NCBI GenBank assembly: GCA_002633005.1
Contig: NMRA01000203.1
Span: forward strand, 3,852-67,301
DNA length: 63,450 bases
Direction of reading: 5' to 3'
From: Phoronis australis
Lineage: Eukaryota; Animalia; Phoronida
Part shown: positions 60,493 through 63,450 of the stretch, in pieces
Layout of the letters: every line of letters starts with the position of its first letter
Position numbering within the stretch: the first letter of the stretch is position 1
The notes under the pieces: generated by a model
Told to the model about the DNA's origin: nothing
Database searches by the model: none
The model's input: only the letters and a program-made list of their open reading frames with translations
Position numbers and translations under genes: made by a program

Positions 60493-63343
60493 AGCATTCA
60501 TTTTCTCAAGTTGCCATTAATATGGTTGGATTAGGAAATTTCGAATATTACATAAAGGCATGTATTCCTGCTATGAACTAATTTGTGGACTATGTTTAAG
60601 GAATCAAGTCTTCGAGCAAAGCTGAGAGTTGGCATTTGGTTATGACTGACTATCCTGGCATTATGATAGTGGGTGTTCTGAATCCGGACCAATCAAATTC
60701 GCAGCTTAAAACTACTGTAGTCAGCCAAGGGTCAGCGAAGCAGCAACATTGGCTATGCATACTGTAGCGACACCGTAGTGAAGTGGAAACATCACCCTCA
60801 TCGTTGTAGAATTACCACAGCACCTCGGTGTATGTTACCTTGAACTGTAGTCATCTTAGAATGACCATTTCAAATACCAACATTTTATGTGTCTGAATCA
60901 AGTTTCATGTCTTAAGAGCTGCTGTGATCGTCTGTTTTCCCATAGCACTGTCATGGTTTTTCTATGGCTTTAGAACCGTGATAAACCAACATGATCGTAA
61001 TTCACATTTGGCAGTACTGCCAGTTTCATTTAGGCTTCAAGTGAAGACAGATTTGTGAGACTGTATTTCATATGTATGTAGCTTGGTTTGAAGTGGTCAA
61101 AGAAATTAATGTTATTTATGTATGGACAGTTTAATCTTTAAATAACTCATCAAAGATTTTGTATCTCCGTGGAACATATAAATTCTTGACTAGGATGTGA
61201 CTGTCAAAAATCGATGGTAATAAATGGTTAAAACTTAAGGTGCGACACTCATTAATAAAACGAACATGCGCAGTATTTAATGTTTGAGGGGTGAATCGAT
61301 AGTTCTGATGTATGCAGTTAGGCCATGCCTACTATAGTTACTCTGTTGCTAAGTCCCTCAAGCACAAAGCCAATATGGCAGAGGTCCTTTGGAAGCAAAC
61401 TATAACAGGTTCTCTACAATGTGTTTTGGGTCAGGTTTCACTGAAACTTAACTCTACAGTTGCATTGTCAAAATATCCATTATGCCAGCCCATTGACATA
61501 TCAAGTTTCATTGATACGAGTGTCCGAACAACTCAGGTGCCTTCTACTCTTGGTGGCTGGGCGTTTCTATGATTGCATTCTTTGTACAGCTTTGGTCTGC
61601 ATTTAAGTGCCTTAATCACATTATCTTTCTGCTTCAATTTTCAACTATGATTGTGGTACAAAGTTGGCAGACTATTGCCGTGTTAACTTGTTCCCATCAT
61701 CGGAGTACCTGGAATAATTAGCTCAATTCGCTCGTCATAACTTCTCATAGTCTTCATGTAAAGCATCGCTGCCAGTGCTTGGTTCAACTGGGTAATGGGT
61801 GAGAGTGTGGGAGCTGGCCCAGTGAACATTTTGGGAAGCAGGGCTCAAGTTGTCCGGCATCACTCTTTATTAACTGTACAAATACCAATTTAAAATGTTA
61901 TTTTGCAAAAGATGTAGTGCTTGACAATGAAAATTGCAGGACATTTTCATGTAATTTTTTAGTTTAGTAAGAATTTCTGCTGCTGAGCAGCATTTCAGCA
62001 TAATTTAATTCTTGGTTTATTTTCATGAACAACGTTGGGACAGAATGTTTTGGTAACTTTCATTCGTGTCAGAACAGAAAAAAATCAAGAAATACAAAAC
62101 ATCGTTTTATTAGCATGTCAAGTATGAAGCATTCTGTGAAACCTATAAAGGATTCATTAAGCAGAAAATTAAATAATTTCATACTTCAACAAACTAGTGC
62201 CAACTAAATACAATTTCTACTCTTTTTGTCTCGTTGTTCCGATGGTATTTAAATTAAAATATTAATAATATTCGTCAAAAACTTTACTTTTAAAAGTAAA
62301 CACACTTTATAGTTCTGCTGCCGGACAAGAAGGGCAAAGTCGATGAAGATGAAATGCATGCCAATTTCGGTCATCAATAATATTTGCAGAACAATATTGA
62401 AGATGTCAATATTTTTTAAATGCCATAATGTCCCAATGCTTTAAATCTTCATTTAAATGCCGCGCCATGTGAACTGTAGGAGGGAGTGAACTTCGTCCAC
62501 CAATCGACTCCAATGCTATACAGCAACTGTGTTTATTTCAATACTTCGCAGCTATATCAGAAAATGACTATCTGAGGAGAATGATTATAACTGACAGTTG
62601 GGAAGACTGCTATGACTTAGTTATTAAAAATTATGGTTAAAGCAGTTACGAATATGACCACCTGCCAACCAAACAAATTAGTAACACGGTCCATACATAA
62701 TCTCAATTCCTACTAGTAAGTACTTGTAACGTTGGTTAAAACTAAACCTCTAGTATAATCCAATGGAAAGCTACATTAAAGTGCTAGGACCATCACTTAG
62801 TTTTGCTGGACTTTTTTCTCTTGACGTTTTAACAACAAAAAATGTAATGCACATTCTTCGAATGAACTAAAAAAATTTTTAAGCATTTGCACCGATTCTC
62901 TGCACACTCTCTGATGAAAAAATATGACTAAAGTCATGCATGATAAATCAGTTGACAATATTGCAAATGTAAAGTTGACTTACTATTTACCCAATGCACA
63001 TAAGAAAACAAGAAATCACACAGCATATTATGCCAACAGCATTACATATACACATGAACAGAACAACAAAGACATAAACATGTTGCCTTAACACAGTGTG
63101 GTTTGTTGGATTCACTCCAGATGTTGGTAAAAGTAAACTATTACTGGACTAACTATATAAAATGCTGAACAACAGTAAACGGATCGCAAGGTCCAATTAT
63201 GTTATGACCAGTAGAAGGAACTATGATAAGCTAACAATGACAATTTTTCATCAAAAATATAAGTCCAGTAAGAAATTAATGACCAGTAATTCAATTTACA
63301 TTTAATGACCTAATCACAAAATTGCATCAAGCAGTTGAACATT

Positions 63344-63450
63344 GAATGAACAATAATCCTTTAGTTGACTAGCATGCTTCTGTTCAGTGGATGGTGTTAC
63401 TTGATGAACAATAATCCTTTAGTTGACTAGCATGCTTCTGTTCAGTGGAT
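63344..63450. repeat. About 58-bp tandem duplication running off the right edge
   Basis: ATGAACAATAATCCTTTAGTTGACTAGCATGCTTCTGTTCAGTGGAT is present twice. Confidence 0.85.

Noticed and set aside
60101-60581. Cys/His-rich repeat ORFs resembling zinc fingers
   Set aside because: They come from a 32-bp minisatellite in the presumed 3' UTR, read in all three frames.

Overview
This is AT-rich eukaryotic (metazoan, probably invertebrate) genomic DNA with four intron-containing genes that I assembled by hand from splice signals and reading frame. (1) A minus-strand gene running off the left edge, with a 1.35 kb exon missed by the ORF track; it is weakly HROB-like. (2) A plus-strand LRMDA-like short LRR protein of 180 aa. 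(3) WDR61/SKI8 on the minus strand, with a probable assembly glitch in one exon. (4) A TTC23-family TPR protein of 498 aa on the plus strand, head-to-head with WDR61. Genes 2-4 each contain one GT-AG U12 (minor spliceosome) intron. Introns and intergenic space are dense in non-autonomous mobile elements. The best-defined is a complete 538 bp TRIM whose LTRs carry a tRNA-like Pol III promoter. Others are a Transib-like MITE with CAC ends and a 5-bp TSD, a Kolobok/THAP remnant nested in a 5.75 kb TIR element, Helentron-associated (HINE-like) elements with arrays of CTCF-like motifs, hAT remnants, Tc1/pogo-type MITEs and an inverted pair of Penelope-like fragments beside hammerhead-like motifs. 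More than a dozen minisatellites explain most long ORFs in the track. There is no CRISPR array or prokaryotic system. All family assignments come from motif recognition, not database searches.
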